A DNA stretch of 64,000 nt from Phycisphaerales bacterium JB063. Lineage in GTDB: Bacteria > Planctomycetota > Phycisphaerae > Phycisphaerales > Phycisphaeraceae. The position numbers and the translations under genes are program-made. Within the stretch, counting starts at the first letter, position 1; the number at the start of each line of letters is the position of its first letter. Below the pieces are notes generated by a model, which searched no databases, was not told the origin of the DNA, and saw nothing but the letters and a program-made list of their open reading frames with translations. The stretch covers positions 334 to 64,333 of the forward strand of contig JBITAC010000048.1 of assembly GCA_044439905.1 (NCBI GenBank), in the 5' to 3' direction. This document shows positions 39,042 through 47,988 of the stretch, in pieces.

Positions 39042-39905
39042 ATGCGACAGTACCTCGACCTCATGCAGCACGTCCTCGACCACGGCACGCCTAAGGCCGA
39101 CCGCACCGGCACAGGCACGCGGTCCGTCTTCGGCTACCAGATGCGGTTCAACCTCGACGCGGATGCACCAACCGGCGGCTTCCCCTGTGTCACGACCAAA
39201 AAACTGCACCTGCGTTCCATTATCCACGAGCTGCTCTGGTTCCTAGGCGGCGAGACCAACATCGCTTACCTCAAAACACACGGGGTCCGCATATGGGACG
39301 AATGGGCCCACCCCGACACCGGCGAACTCGGGCCGGTCTACGGCTACCAGTGGCGCAGCTTCCCACGTGTCGTACGCAACGCCGACGGCTCAACCCACAC
39401 CGACGGTGCCGTCGACCAGGTCACGCAAGTCGTCGAACAGATCAAGCACAACCCCGACTCCCGCCGACACATCGTCTGCGCCTGGAACCCGGGCATGGTC
39501 GAGGGCATGGCCCTGCCCCCCTGCCACGCGTTCTTCCAGTTCTACGTCACACCCGCGAGCGATGACGGAAGCGAGCCGGGCAAGCTCTCGTGCCAGCTCT
39601 ATCAGCGCTCGGCCGACATCTTCCTGGGCGTGCCGTTCAACATCGCCAGCTACGCGCTGCTCACGATGATGATTGCGCAGGTCACCGGGCTCCGGCCCGG
39701 CGAGTTCGTCCACACGCTGGGCGATGCACACCTCTACGACAACCACCTCGACCAGGCCCGCGAACAACTATCGCGCGCCCCACGCCCGCTGCCGACGATG
39801 CGGCTCAACCCCGAAGTCACCGACCTCTTCGCGTTTACCTTCGACGACTTCGAGCTGCTCAACTACGACCCCCACCCACACATCAAGGCCGCGGTCGCGG
39901 TGTGA
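39042..39905 (+). CDS. thyA: Thymidylate synthase
   Basis: [51 protein letters not shown]. Confidence 0.98.
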   Translation: MRQYLDLMQHVLDHGTPKADRTGTGTRSVFGYQMRFNLDADAPTGGFPCVTTKKLHLRSIIHELLWFLGGETNIAYLKTHGVRIWDEWAHPDTGELGPVYGYQWRSFPRVVRNADGSTHTDGAVDQVTQVVEQIKHNPDSRRHIVCAWNPGMVEGMALPPCHAFFQFYVTPASDDGSEPGKLSCQLYQRSADIFLGVPFNIASYALLTMMIAQVTGLRPGEFVHTLGDAHLYDNHLDQAREQLSRAPRPLPTMRLNPEVTDLFAFTFDDFELLNYDPHPHIKAAVAV

Positions 39906-39910
39906 ACGCC

Positions 39911-39957
39911 AGGGCGCAGGGATTAGGGTGTAGGGTGTAGGTTGTAGGATAAGGGTA
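39911..39957. repeat. Period-7 repeat, left arm (AGGGTGT-type)
   Basis: AGGGCGC AGGGATT AGGGTGT AGGGTGT AGGTTGT...; inverted partner at 40332-40362. Confidence 0.75.
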
Positions 39958-40316
39958 TGGAAGGTGATGGATCGTATCGAGACCTTAAGGTTTGGCATAA
40001 GGCGATGGACCTGCTGGATGTTGTCTATGACCTTCTACCTTCACTGCCCAGTGAAGAGAAGTTTGCGCTGTCTTCGCAGATGCGTCGCGCTGCGATCTCG
40101 GTGCCTTCGAATATTGCCGAGGGGTATGGACGCCAATCGCGTCCCGACTATATCCGCTTCCTATGGATGTCTAACGGCTCGCTGAAAGAGTTGGAAACGC
40201 AGCTCCTCATTGCGCGTCGCAGAGCGTATTGGTCCAAAGAACAGGCCCAGCCATGCTGGGATTTATGCCAGGAAACAGGGAGAATGCTCCGTGCCCTGAT
40301 CAACTCATTAAAGTGA
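39957..40316 (+). CDS. Four helix bundle protein (IVS/bAvd-like family)
   Basis: SYRDLKVWHKAM...EEKFALSSQMRRAAISVPSNIAEGYGR...SNGSLKELETQL. Confidence 0.92.
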   Translation: MEGDGSYRDLKVWHKAMDLLDVVYDLLPSLPSEEKFALSSQMRRAAISVPSNIAEGYGRQSRPDYIRFLWMSNGSLKELETQLLIARRRAYWSKEQAQPCWDLCQETGRMLRALINSLK

Positions 40317-40321
40317 CATAC

Positions 40322-40867
40322 ATGCCTCCCCCCCTACACCCTACACCCCACACCCCATCCCCTTGCCTTGCATTGATTTACGCCAGATCGGAAAACCACT
40401 GCATCGGTAAAGACGGCCGAATCCCCTGGCGGCTGCCCGACGAGTTTGCGCACTTCAAGCGCACTACGATGGGTCGGCCGATCATCATGGGACGCAAAAC
40501 CTATGAAGACCACGAGTCCGCGCTGCCGGGTCGGCTGAACATCGTCGTCACCTCCGACCCGCACTATCAGGCCGCAAAGGGTGTGGTAATCACCCACACG
40601 CTCGACGACGCGATCGCACGCGCCAACGCCGAGCACAACGACGAAGGCGAGGTCTTCGTCATCGGCGGCGTCGGCCTGTTCGAGCAGGTGTTCAACCAGG
40701 CCCAGCGCGTCTACGAAACCGTGGTGCATACCATCCTCGACGGCGACACCTACCTGCCCACCTTCGATTTCACGGGCTGGACCGCGCAGACGCTGCACGA
40801 CCACCCCGCCGACGACCGGCACCCCTACGCATGGACGGCCAAGCGTTACGACCGGCCGAACGCTTAG
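40322..40867 (+). CDS. folA: Dihydrofolate reductase
   Basis: LIYARSENHCIGKDGRIPWRLPDEFAHFKRTTMGRPIIMGRKT...LPGRLNIV...VFVIGG...GDTYLP. Confidence 0.95.
   Translation: MPPPLHPTPHTPSPCLALIYARSENHCIGKDGRIPWRLPDEFAHFKRTTMGRPIIMGRKTYEDHESALPGRLNIVVTSDPHYQAAKGVVITHTLDDAIARANAEHNDEGEVFVIGGVGLFEQVFNQAQRVYETVVHTILDGDTYLPTFDFTGWTAQTLHDHPADDRHPYAWTAKRYDRPNA
40332..40362. repeat. Period-7 repeat, right arm (CCCTACA-type), inside the folA 5' end
   Basis: CCCTACA CCCTACA CCCCACA CCCCATC is the reverse complement type of 39911-39957. Confidence 0.75.
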
Positions 40868-40900
40868 CGGCAGGCGATTGCTTGGCCGCCGCGTAGGCGC

Positions 40901-41123
40901 AAAAATCCCCCGCCGGTGTTGGGGGAGGGTACCGGCGGGGGACACAGATCGGCGCGGGCCTTAGGGGGGAGGTTGGCCCACGCCGAAAAACGGCTAGCGT
41001 TGCCCGAAAGCAAAGCTCCATGAATAAGTGAATCAAGCGTGGTAGGCGGCCAAGCCCCGGCTCGGTCCCGCGACACAACGCTCAACACGGCGGGCGACAC
41101 CCGTCGTGTGTGATAGCATTATC
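40901..41123 (-). ncRNA. Candidate sRNA (~210 nt) ending in two hairpins with C-rich anti-SD-like loops and a U-tract
   Basis: Hairpins 40950-40985 (loop AACCTCCCCCCTAA on minus) and 40906-40942 (loop ACCCTCCCCCAAC), then TTTTT. Upstream -10-like GATAAT at 41123-41118. No convincing ORF. Confidence 0.4.
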
Positions 41124-41148
41124 GTCAACGTAATCACATCGCACTATG

Positions 41149-41160
41149 GGGTAAATACCC
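41149..41160. promoter_or_regulatory. Palindromic box GGGTA-AA-TACCC
   Basis: Perfect 5+2+5 palindrome; near-copy GGGTA-TA-CACCC at 44507-44518. Confidence 0.4.
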
Positions 41161-41225
41161 GAAAATGCTTCCACTTTCTCGGCATGGCGTTCTACCGAAA
41201 ACGGGCACCCGATAATCAACGGCGG

Positions 41226-41882
41226 CTACGCCTCCGAGAGCCCCTCACGGATCGCGTACCGAGCAAGCTCGACGCGGTCGTGGATATTCAGCTTCCGCAT
41301 CACGTTCTCGACATGTTTATCGACCGTGCTGACGCTGCGGTGAATCTGCTGGGCGACCTCTTTCTTGGTCATACCCTGGGCGATGTAACGCAGGATCTCG
41401 ACTTCGCGCGGGGTGAGCGTTGAGGACTTGGTCGGGCCGGCGTCTTCGTGTGTCAGACCTTTTTCCGGGTCCACCACCAGCCGGTCACGCACCTTGGGCG
41501 AGTAGTACGCGCCGTCGTTCGCGGCCTGTCGCACCGCATCCACCACACGGTCGGCCGACTCATCCTTGGTGACATAACCCGAGCAGCCCGACCGCAACGC
41601 GTCTTCGATATATCGGTCGCTGAAAAACGCGCTCAGGAAGATCACGCGGGTATCGGGGTGCGACGCGATAATCTCACGCGCGGCGTCGAAACTCACCTTA
41701 CCGGGCATGTCGATATCAAGCAGCACGACCGTCGGCTCAAGCCGATTGGCCGCTTCGACCGCGAGCGACGCATCCGTCACACGCCCCACCACACGCAGGT
41801 CCGGCTCCTTGTCCAGCCGATCCGCCAACGAGTCCATCAACATCTCGTGGTCGTCGGCCAATAGAATCGTGATCTTTGCCAT
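41226..41882 (-). CDS. NarL/FixJ-family response regulator (REC + LuxR HTH)
   Basis: ILLADDH, LLDIDMPG, LSAF, VTKD, LTPREVEIL...MRKLNIHDRVEL. Confidence 0.95.
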   Translation of the reverse strand: MAKITILLADDHEMLMDSLADRLDKEPDLRVVGRVTDASLAVEAANRLEPTVVLLDIDMPGKVSFDAAREIIASHPDTRVIFLSAFFSDRYIEDALRSGCSGYVTKDESADRVVDAVRQAANDGAYYSPKVRDRLVVDPEKGLTHEDAGPTKSSTLTPREVEILRYIAQGMTKKEVAQQIHRSVSTVDKHVENVMRKLNIHDRVELARYAIREGLSEA

Positions 41883-41902
41883 AAGGCCCCCATATCTATC
41901 CA

Positions 41903-44116
41903 CTACGTCTCCGCCCGCATCGATTCTACCGCAGTCGCCACATCATGGATACGAAACGGTTTGGCCAGCGTGACCAGACCAAGCTGCTCGGCAACCTCAA
42001 GCTCCGCCTCTGTGCCGATCAGCAGCAGGGCCGCGCGAGACTCGGCGGCACCGACGAGTTCTTGATGCGACAGAAGCTGCACGTCCGAAATCAGCATCGT
42101 GCCCCGCTCCACCGGGTCCGACAACCGAGCCAGCATCGCCGAGGGGTCCTCGCACGACGCGGTGCTCAGGCCATGGCTCATCAGCTCGGCCACCACCGCC
42201 CCACGCACTTGACGATGCGCCATCGCGACCCAGACCCGGCGGGCACTCCCCCGGGGCACCCCCGCCCGCGGTGCCGACTCGACCGCTGAGAGCGATGCAT
42301 CGGCCGAGCTGTCATGCTGCAGCGCCGCCGCGCGATCCGGCATTGCCGACGCCACGGAATCCGTACCCACCCGCGGCAGGCGCAACGTGAATCGTGTGCC
42401 TACCCCCACCTCACTCTGCGCATCGATCGTGCCGCCCATCTCCCGGACGATCGAGGCCACCACCGAGAGCCCGAGCCCGGTGCCCTCGCCCGGCGGCTTG
42501 GTCGTGAACAACGGCTCGAAGATCTGCGGGAGCAGCTCGGGCGCGATCCCCGAGCCGGTGTCTTTGACATAGAGGTCGACGCGATCTCCCGCGTCGGGGG
42601 CACGGCGCAGGCCGATATCGACCCGGCCGCCGGCCGCGCCCATCGCGTCGCGTGCGTTGACGAGCAGGTTCATGATCACCTGCTGAAGCCGGCCCGGGTC
42701 GCAGCGGACCCGACCCACCGGGCCCACCGGCTCGGCCAAGTGGATACGCACCCGCGCGGGCATCAGACCCCGGCACAGCGCGACCGACTTGAGCACCGCC
42801 GGCCACAGATCGATCGGCTCGCAGCGCTGCGCCTCGGGCCGACGACTGAGGCTGAGCATCGAACGCGACAACGCCGACGCCTGGTCGACCGCGGTGTCCA
42901 TCGCCTGGAGCGAGCCGCGGAGGTCGGGGGCGTGGCCCAGACGCTTCTCCAACTGCGCCCGGTGCAGGGCCAGCACAGCCAGCAGGTTGTTCATATCGTG
43001 CGCGACCCCACCCGCGAGCTGCGCAACCGTCTCCATCCGCTGCGCGTCGTAGAGCTGGTCCCGTAGCGTCAGCGCCTGCTGGTCGGCCCGGCGTCGCTGG
43101 TACGCGACCGCCACCAGCAGCAACGACGAAAGCAGCATCACAAAGAGGAAGGCCTGCAGCGCGTAAACCGTCTCATTGCCCGGCAACTCGGTCCTGAAGA
43201 ACGGCCCGCGGAAGACCGTCGGATCCAGCCCGATGACCTCGGCCAGCGCCCCCTTTGCGGTAAAGACCGCGACCATCGCAGCAGCGAGGGTCGCCGCCGA
43301 GGCGAACCGCGCGGTGAAACGCAGCGCCGCCCAGACGATCAGCGGCACGACCAGGTACGGGTAGTCGAGCACCGACTCCGTCGCCAGGCGGATCGGGCCG
43401 ACCGCGACCATGCTAACCAGCAACAGCGCGACAAACAGCACCGCGCCTTCGACCAGGTGCCAGCCCGGCCGCTCGCCCCACGGCACCTCGGCAGGCCGGG
43501 CCCAGGCGACGACCACCGGCGCCACCGCCAGCACACCCAGCGCATCCGAGAGCCACCACACCTGCCAGATCGGCAAGTAGTTGAACCCCTCAAACGAGGC
43601 GACATACGCCAGCGACCCCACCGCCGCGCTCGCCGCCGTCGCCAGCAGGACACCGAAAACCACAAACACGAGCAGCAGACGCGGCCGCGTCAGGTCCGGC
43701 ACGCCCCGCGACAGCAGCCCAATCGGCAGCGCCCCAAGCATCCCCTCCGCCAGCGCACATGGCGTCCAGATCGCGGTCTGGCCCCAGGCCAGGCCATGGA
43801 CCCGGACATCCGAATGCACCAACACCACCGACGCGACCAGCACCACCCAAGGCCAAAGCCGCCACCGGCAGACCGCAAACACCCCCATCAGCAGCCCGCT
43901 GCTGGGCCAGAACACCGCAACCGATTCCGGGTCGACCCCGATGGGTTGGAAGTAGGTCGCCGAGCCGATCTCATGGACCGACGCGAAGCCAAGCCCAAAC
44001 GCCCCCAGCAAGACCGCCGAGCGCCAGCCCCCACGCAGCCCGCGCGCCCCCGCGACCAGCCCCACCGCCACGAGCCCCGCGGCCAGCGTCCAGATCGGTG
44101 GAAAATCACTCGGCAT
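41903..44116 (-). CDS. MASE1-domain sensor histidine kinase with degenerate C-terminal receiver
   Basis: MASE1 TM region (FWPSSG, WWLSDALG), H-box VAHDMNNLL, NLLVNARDAM, DTGSGI, FEPLFTTK, GTGLGL. Confidence 0.92.
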   Translation of the reverse strand: MPSDFPPIWTLAAGLVAVGLVAGARGLRGGWRSAVLLGAFGLGFASVHEIGSATYFQPIGVDPESVAVFWPSSGLLMGVFAVCRWRLWPWVVLVASVVLVHSDVRVHGLAWGQTAIWTPCALAEGMLGALPIGLLSRGVPDLTRPRLLLVFVVFGVLLATAASAAVGSLAYVASFEGFNYLPIWQVWWLSDALGVLAVAPVVVAWARPAEVPWGERPGWHLVEGAVLFVALLLVSMVAVGPIRLATESVLDYPYLVVPLIVWAALRFTARFASAATLAAAMVAVFTAKGALAEVIGLDPTVFRGPFFRTELPGNETVYALQAFLFVMLLSSLLLVAVAYQRRRADQQALTLRDQLYDAQRMETVAQLAGGVAHDMNNLLAVLALHRAQLEKRLGHAPDLRGSLQAMDTAVDQASALSRSMLSLSRRPEAQRCEPIDLWPAVLKSVALCRGLMPARVRIHLAEPVGPVGRVRCDPGRLQQVIMNLLVNARDAMGAAGGRVDIGLRRAPDAGDRVDLYVKDTGSGIAPELLPQIFEPLFTTKPPGEGTGLGLSVVASIVREMGGTIDAQSEVGVGTRFTLRLPRVGTDSVASAMPDRAAALQHDSSADASLSAVESAPRAGVPRGSARRVWVAMAHRQVRGAVVAELMSHGLSTASCEDPSAMLARLSDPVERGTMLISDVQLLSHQELVGAAESRAALLLIGTEAELEVAEQLGLVTLAKPFRIHDVATAVESMRAET

Positions 44117-44244
44117 CGTCAACGCCCCATCGGCCAAGTCGTACCCAACCCCCCGGCCGGGCCACACCCCGTGTGACGCGCCACGAAGATAGCAGGATTA
44201 TGCAAGCAGGCACGCCAAGCGACACTCGGCCCAGACAGGCAAGC

Positions 44245-44471
44245 AAAACCCCCGCCGACCAAGGGGGGGGAGGTGGCCAACGGGGGCTTTGGGCGCCAGC
44301 CGGGCAAGCCCGGCGGTACCGCAAGCGTCTGCCCACGCGGTCGCGCGGGAAGCTTCAGAACGGCAGCGTCGTTTCGTGACAGCACCGTGGATTGTCCAAG
44401 ACAAGACATGGGGGCCGACGCGCGAGTCCAGGGGGTGCGTCTGGCCCTACCACCCACTGCTTAGCACTATA
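44245..44471 (-). ncRNA. Second candidate sRNA (~215 nt) ending in a hairpin with an ACCTCCCC loop and a U-tract
   Basis: Minus strand GCCCCCGTTGGCC-ACCTCCCCCCCCTT-GGTCGGCGGGGGT then TTT. Upstream TATAGT (44471-44466) and GGGTA box at 44507-44518. Confidence 0.35.
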
Positions 44472-44571
44472 GCCGCTGGCCGCCCCGCTGTCTGGCCTAA
44501 AGCGATGGGTATACACCCTAAGTTATTCCAGCAGTGCAAAGATTGCACTTGATGCTGCAACGTCGCCGCGA

Positions 44572-44832
44572 TCAGAGCCAACGCCCCAACAGCAGCAGCA
44601 AGATCAGCGCCGCCATCACCACGACAACCCAGCGGTAGTACCCCGCCGTTTGGCGTGTCGGCTTCGCGGGCCCGTCACCGAACGCCTCGTCGGGCAGGTC
44701 CAGCCCGTCATACATCGTGTCCTCCGACCAGCCGGTCTCGTCGTCCGCGCCACACGATGGACACGCCAACGCCCCACCCGGCACGGGCTCGCCACAGTTC
44801 GGACAATCAAACGATTCACGCGATGCAGGCAT
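44572..44832 (-). CDS. Small zinc-ribbon membrane protein
   Basis: CPNCG...CPSCGADDETGWSE followed by a C-terminal hydrophobic helix. Confidence 0.75.
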   Translation of the reverse strand: MPASRESFDCPNCGEPVPGGALACPSCGADDETGWSEDTMYDGLDLPDEAFGDGPAKPTRQTAGYYRWVVVVMAALILLLLLGRWL

Positions 44833-44894
44833 GCAATTCAGTGTATCGGCAGGCGTCAGCGAGATCGCTCCAAAACGCGCCATCGGGGAACCGC

Positions 44895-45749
44895 TTAGTC
44901 CGCCTGCATGTCGCGGCGAACCCCCAGCAGGCGGGCGATCTCGTCTTCACTCAAGACCTCGTCGGCAGCCAAGTCCCATCGCTCGTCGTCCTGCAATGCC
45001 ACGCGCAGTAAAGCCAGCGATTCAGCATCCAGCGTGCCGACCTGGGCACCGTCCTCATCGACGTCGGGCGCGGGACATGACTTCGAGATGGGATCGGCAC
45101 ACGCCACGCGTTTAGCGAGCAGACGTAGCCGATCGTCGCGCGTCATCCTCGGTAAAGGGGTCGCAAGACGCAGGGGCCAGGACACCGGCATGAACAAGAC
45201 ACGCTCAAGCCAGACCGGCAGCGTTTCTCGGAGTTCGTCGATCGGGTCGAGACGCTGGGGCTGGGCAGAGCCAATCATCGGGGGCGATTTGGACCACACC
45301 GGCTTCGGGATCGGGGCCGGGGGGATGGGCGGCTGATTCGCTCGGCGGTCGTCGTTGGCCTGGCTCAACGACGACAATCGACCACGCATGCCATCGTGCA
45401 GCTGCGCCAGCTCCGGGCCCGGCAGGGTCGGGGACTTCGCGACGCGGGCATTCGCGTAGTTCAACCGCTCATCATTCATCGTCGATACGGCGGGGGCACG
45501 ATCCGCCGCTTGGCTCGTGACGTCCTGCCTGTCCGCCGCATCGCACACCCTGGCCGGTGCCGGCGGGTCGGCATTGGCCGCGTATCGATGGAGCAGGTAG
45601 CGGACGACCTCGGCACGTACTCGCCAAAGCCAGGCCCAGTCGCCATCGGGGGCAGAACACAGCATCTCATCCAACCGGTCAAGGCGCGAGCGCCAGCCGG
45701 CGATCGTCTGGGCTGAAACCTCGGGTTGATGGGCCTTGCCCCGCATCAC
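44895..45749 (-). CDS. Hypothetical protein
   Basis: 284-aa ORF filling the gap between the sulfatase and the zinc-ribbon gene on the same strand. Confidence 0.6.
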   Translation of the reverse strand: MMRGKAHQPEVSAQTIAGWRSRLDRLDEMLCSAPDGDWAWLWRVRAEVVRYLLHRYAANADPPAPARVCDAADRQDVTSQAADRAPAVSTMNDERLNYANARVAKSPTLPGPELAQLHDGMRGRLSSLSQANDDRRANQPPIPPAPIPKPVWSKSPPMIGSAQPQRLDPIDELRETLPVWLERVLFMPVSWPLRLATPLPRMTRDDRLRLLAKRVACADPISKSCPAPDVDEDGAQVGTLDAESLALLRVALQDDERWDLAADEVLSEDEIARLLGVRRDMQAD

Positions 45750-45811
45750 CCCAGCATAAGCCGAGGCCTCCAGCGGGCCAAAGGAAAAACGACGACGCCG
45801 ACCTGCACACC

Positions 45812-47296
45812 TCAGTCAAACGCCTGCATCGGGAAGTTGGGGCTTGGCGTGCGGTCGGTCTCGAAGATCGTGCGGGCCTGGGCGACGATCTCGGGGTGGT
45901 CGGCGGCGACGTTTGTGGTTTCGCCCAAGTCGTCGGCCAGGTTGAACAGGAGGATCTCGGTATTGCCTTTGTGGATGTCGCGTAGCACGGCCTTCCAGTC
46001 GCCGATGCGGACCGCCTTCTGCCCGCCGTAGCCGTGAAACTCCCACACGAGGTACGGGTGCTGCTGCTGCTCGCCTTCGCCGGTGAGCAGCGGGAGGTAG
46101 CTGATGCCATCGCAGTTGTCGGGCGCGTCTTGATCGGTGAGGTCGGCCAGGGTCGCCATCAGGTCCTGGAAGCAGGTCTGGTGGTCGGTGGTGGTGCCCG
46201 GGGCGATGGTGCCGATCCAGCGGGCGACCATGGGGACACGGATGCCGCCCTCCCAGACCGATCCCTTTCGGCCGCGCAGCGGGCCCGCGGAGTTGAAGAA
46301 CTCGGTATCGACGCCGCCGACGTCGTGGGTCGGGCCGTTGTCGGAGGTGAAGACGATGAGCGTGTTTTCGCCCAGCCCAAGCTCATCGATAAGCGCGACG
46401 ACGGCACCGACGTGTTCGTCCAGGTCGCTGATCATCGCGGCGTAGCCCGCATGCGGACGCGGGTGCGGGAGGTAGCCGCTGGTGCCGAGGTAGGGCGCGG
46501 TGTCCCACGCCTCGGGGTAGTGGTCGACCCATTCCTGGGGCGGCTGCATCGCGACGTGGGGCTCGAGGAACGGCAGGTAGAGGAAGAACGGTTCGTGCTG
46601 GTGCGCTTCGATAAACGCCAGCGAATGCTCAAGCATTTTGTCGGCCGCGTAGACCTCCCCATAAAACTGCGCAAAGCCGGCGTCGGCGTTGGGGATACGC
46701 TGGTGCGCGGAGAAGTATCGGCTGTTGATGATGTCGACGTCGTGGTTATCCCAGAGGTGGGTCGGGTAGAAGTTATGCGCGACGCGTTGGCAGAGGTAGC
46801 CGTAAAACCGATCAAACCCTTGGAAGCACGGGTGGCCTTCGGACCCGGGCCCGCCCAGGCCCCACTTCCCCATCGCGCCCGTCACGTAGCCCGCCTCGCG
46901 CATCAGCTCGGCGACCGTGACGGTCTGGGCGGCGATCGGCCACTGGCCCTCGGGCTCGTCGGGGCCCCAGCCGCCGCCCTCCTTGTTGCCGCGGACCTGC
47001 GCGTTGGCGGGGTGCTGCCCGGTCATCAGCACGCACCGGGCCGGGGCGCAGACCGGCGCCCCCGTGTACGCGTCGGTAAACAGGACCCCCTGCTCCGCCA
47101 GCGCATCGATGTTCGGCGTCTCGATCTTCTCCTGCCCGTAGCAGCCCAGCTCGCCATAGCCCAGGTCGTCGGCCAGGATAAAGACCACGTTGGGCGGCCT
47201 CTCTTCGAGCCGCTGCGCCGCGGCGAACTGGCTGAACGATAGCGCCGCGAGCAGCGCGACGAGTGTCGGGGTCCATCGCTGAACAAAGCGTGTCAT
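45812..47296 (-). CDS. Exported arylsulfatase (formylglycine type)
   Basis: PNVVFILADDLG, CAPARCVLMTG (CxPxR), GKWGLG, EPHV, FTSDNG, RGRKG, EGGIRVP. Confidence 0.95.
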   Translation of the reverse strand: MTRFVQRWTPTLVALLAALSFSQFAAAQRLEERPPNVVFILADDLGYGELGCYGQEKIETPNIDALAEQGVLFTDAYTGAPVCAPARCVLMTGQHPANAQVRGNKEGGGWGPDEPEGQWPIAAQTVTVAELMREAGYVTGAMGKWGLGGPGSEGHPCFQGFDRFYGYLCQRVAHNFYPTHLWDNHDVDIINSRYFSAHQRIPNADAGFAQFYGEVYAADKMLEHSLAFIEAHQHEPFFLYLPFLEPHVAMQPPQEWVDHYPEAWDTAPYLGTSGYLPHPRPHAGYAAMISDLDEHVGAVVALIDELGLGENTLIVFTSDNGPTHDVGGVDTEFFNSAGPLRGRKGSVWEGGIRVPMVARWIGTIAPGTTTDHQTCFQDLMATLADLTDQDAPDNCDGISYLPLLTGEGEQQQHPYLVWEFHGYGGQKAVRIGDWKAVLRDIHKGNTEILLFNLADDLGETTNVAADHPEIVAQARTIFETDRTPSPNFPMQAFD

Positions 47297-47411
47297 CTGT
47301 ACTTCTCCATCGGGTTAGGCGGGCGGTCACGGCCGAGTCGTCTTGGCCGGGCTGTTTGTCGATCGTGTGCCGGCCGTCTAAGATTACCCGATTACAGCCG
47401 ACACACTTGCC

Positions 47412-47485
47412 GGGCGCTTAGCTCAGTTGGCTAGAGCAACTCGCTTACACCGAGTAGGTCACTGGTTCGAGTCCAGTAGCGCCCA
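47412..47485 (+). tRNA. tRNA-Val (TAC)
   Basis: Acceptor GGGCGCT/AGCGCCC, D-arm GCTCAGTTGGCTAGAGC, anticodon arm ACTCG-CTTACAC-CGAGT, T-loop GGTTCGAGTCC. Confidence 0.96.
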
Positions 47486-47790
47486 TCAGACGCAGCTCCA
47501 CGCTTCTCGCGTAGAGCTGCGTTTTCATGAAAACCCTCGAAACGATCGACACTTACATCTTCACCCGCAACATCTTGCCGAAGAGTTTTCTCGTCGGTTC
47601 CAGCCGGCTCGTGCACCTTCTGCGCCGCATTTTGCGCCGCTTCGGCGAAGTGTGCCTCGGTGACTTGGAGGTAGTGCCGCGACGCAACGGCGACGCTGTT
47701 CCCGATCCAGGCCGACGCAACATGAACCGGCCAGCGGTCGGTCAGTTCAGTCTCACGCGTACTGCGCAGGTTCTGCCACAGCTTTGGCCA
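47486..47790 (-). pseudogene. Tyrosine integrase C-terminal remnant adjacent to tRNA-Val
   Basis: WPKLWQNLRSTRETELTDRWPVHVASAWIGNSVAVASRHYLQVTEAHF retains the C-terminal HY; the upstream part of the gene is missing. Confidence 0.85.
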
Positions 47791-47956
47791 AGGCTCTGAC
47801 CCCCTCCATCTCCCCATGCCACACAAACCCCGCCGCCTCTAACACCTCCGCCGCGGTGGCGGGTAGTGCAGGTGCCTCGGCTTCCTGCGCGAAAGCCGGT
47901 CGTGTTACGCCGAGAAACAAAGCGGCAGCAGAGAGCGGGAGAACAACTCTCTTCAT
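47753..47956 (-). pseudogene. Truncated 5' fragment of a paralog of the 47989-49176 gene
   Basis: Signal peptide plus PATAAEVLEAAGFVWHGEMEG; DNA 47799-47863 closely matches 48993-49059. Confidence 0.7.
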
Positions 47957-47988
47957 GTCCAAATGAAATGTGGAGATACGTTGGGCGT

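Noticed and set aside
39957-40316. Diversity-generating retroelement (Avd-like protein)
   Set aside because: There is no reverse transcriptase and no template/variable repeat pair differing at adenines.
47431-47485. Integrase ORF extending antisense through tRNA-Val
   Set aside because: This is read-through of the remnant frame across the tRNA gene and is not evidence of an overlapping protein.
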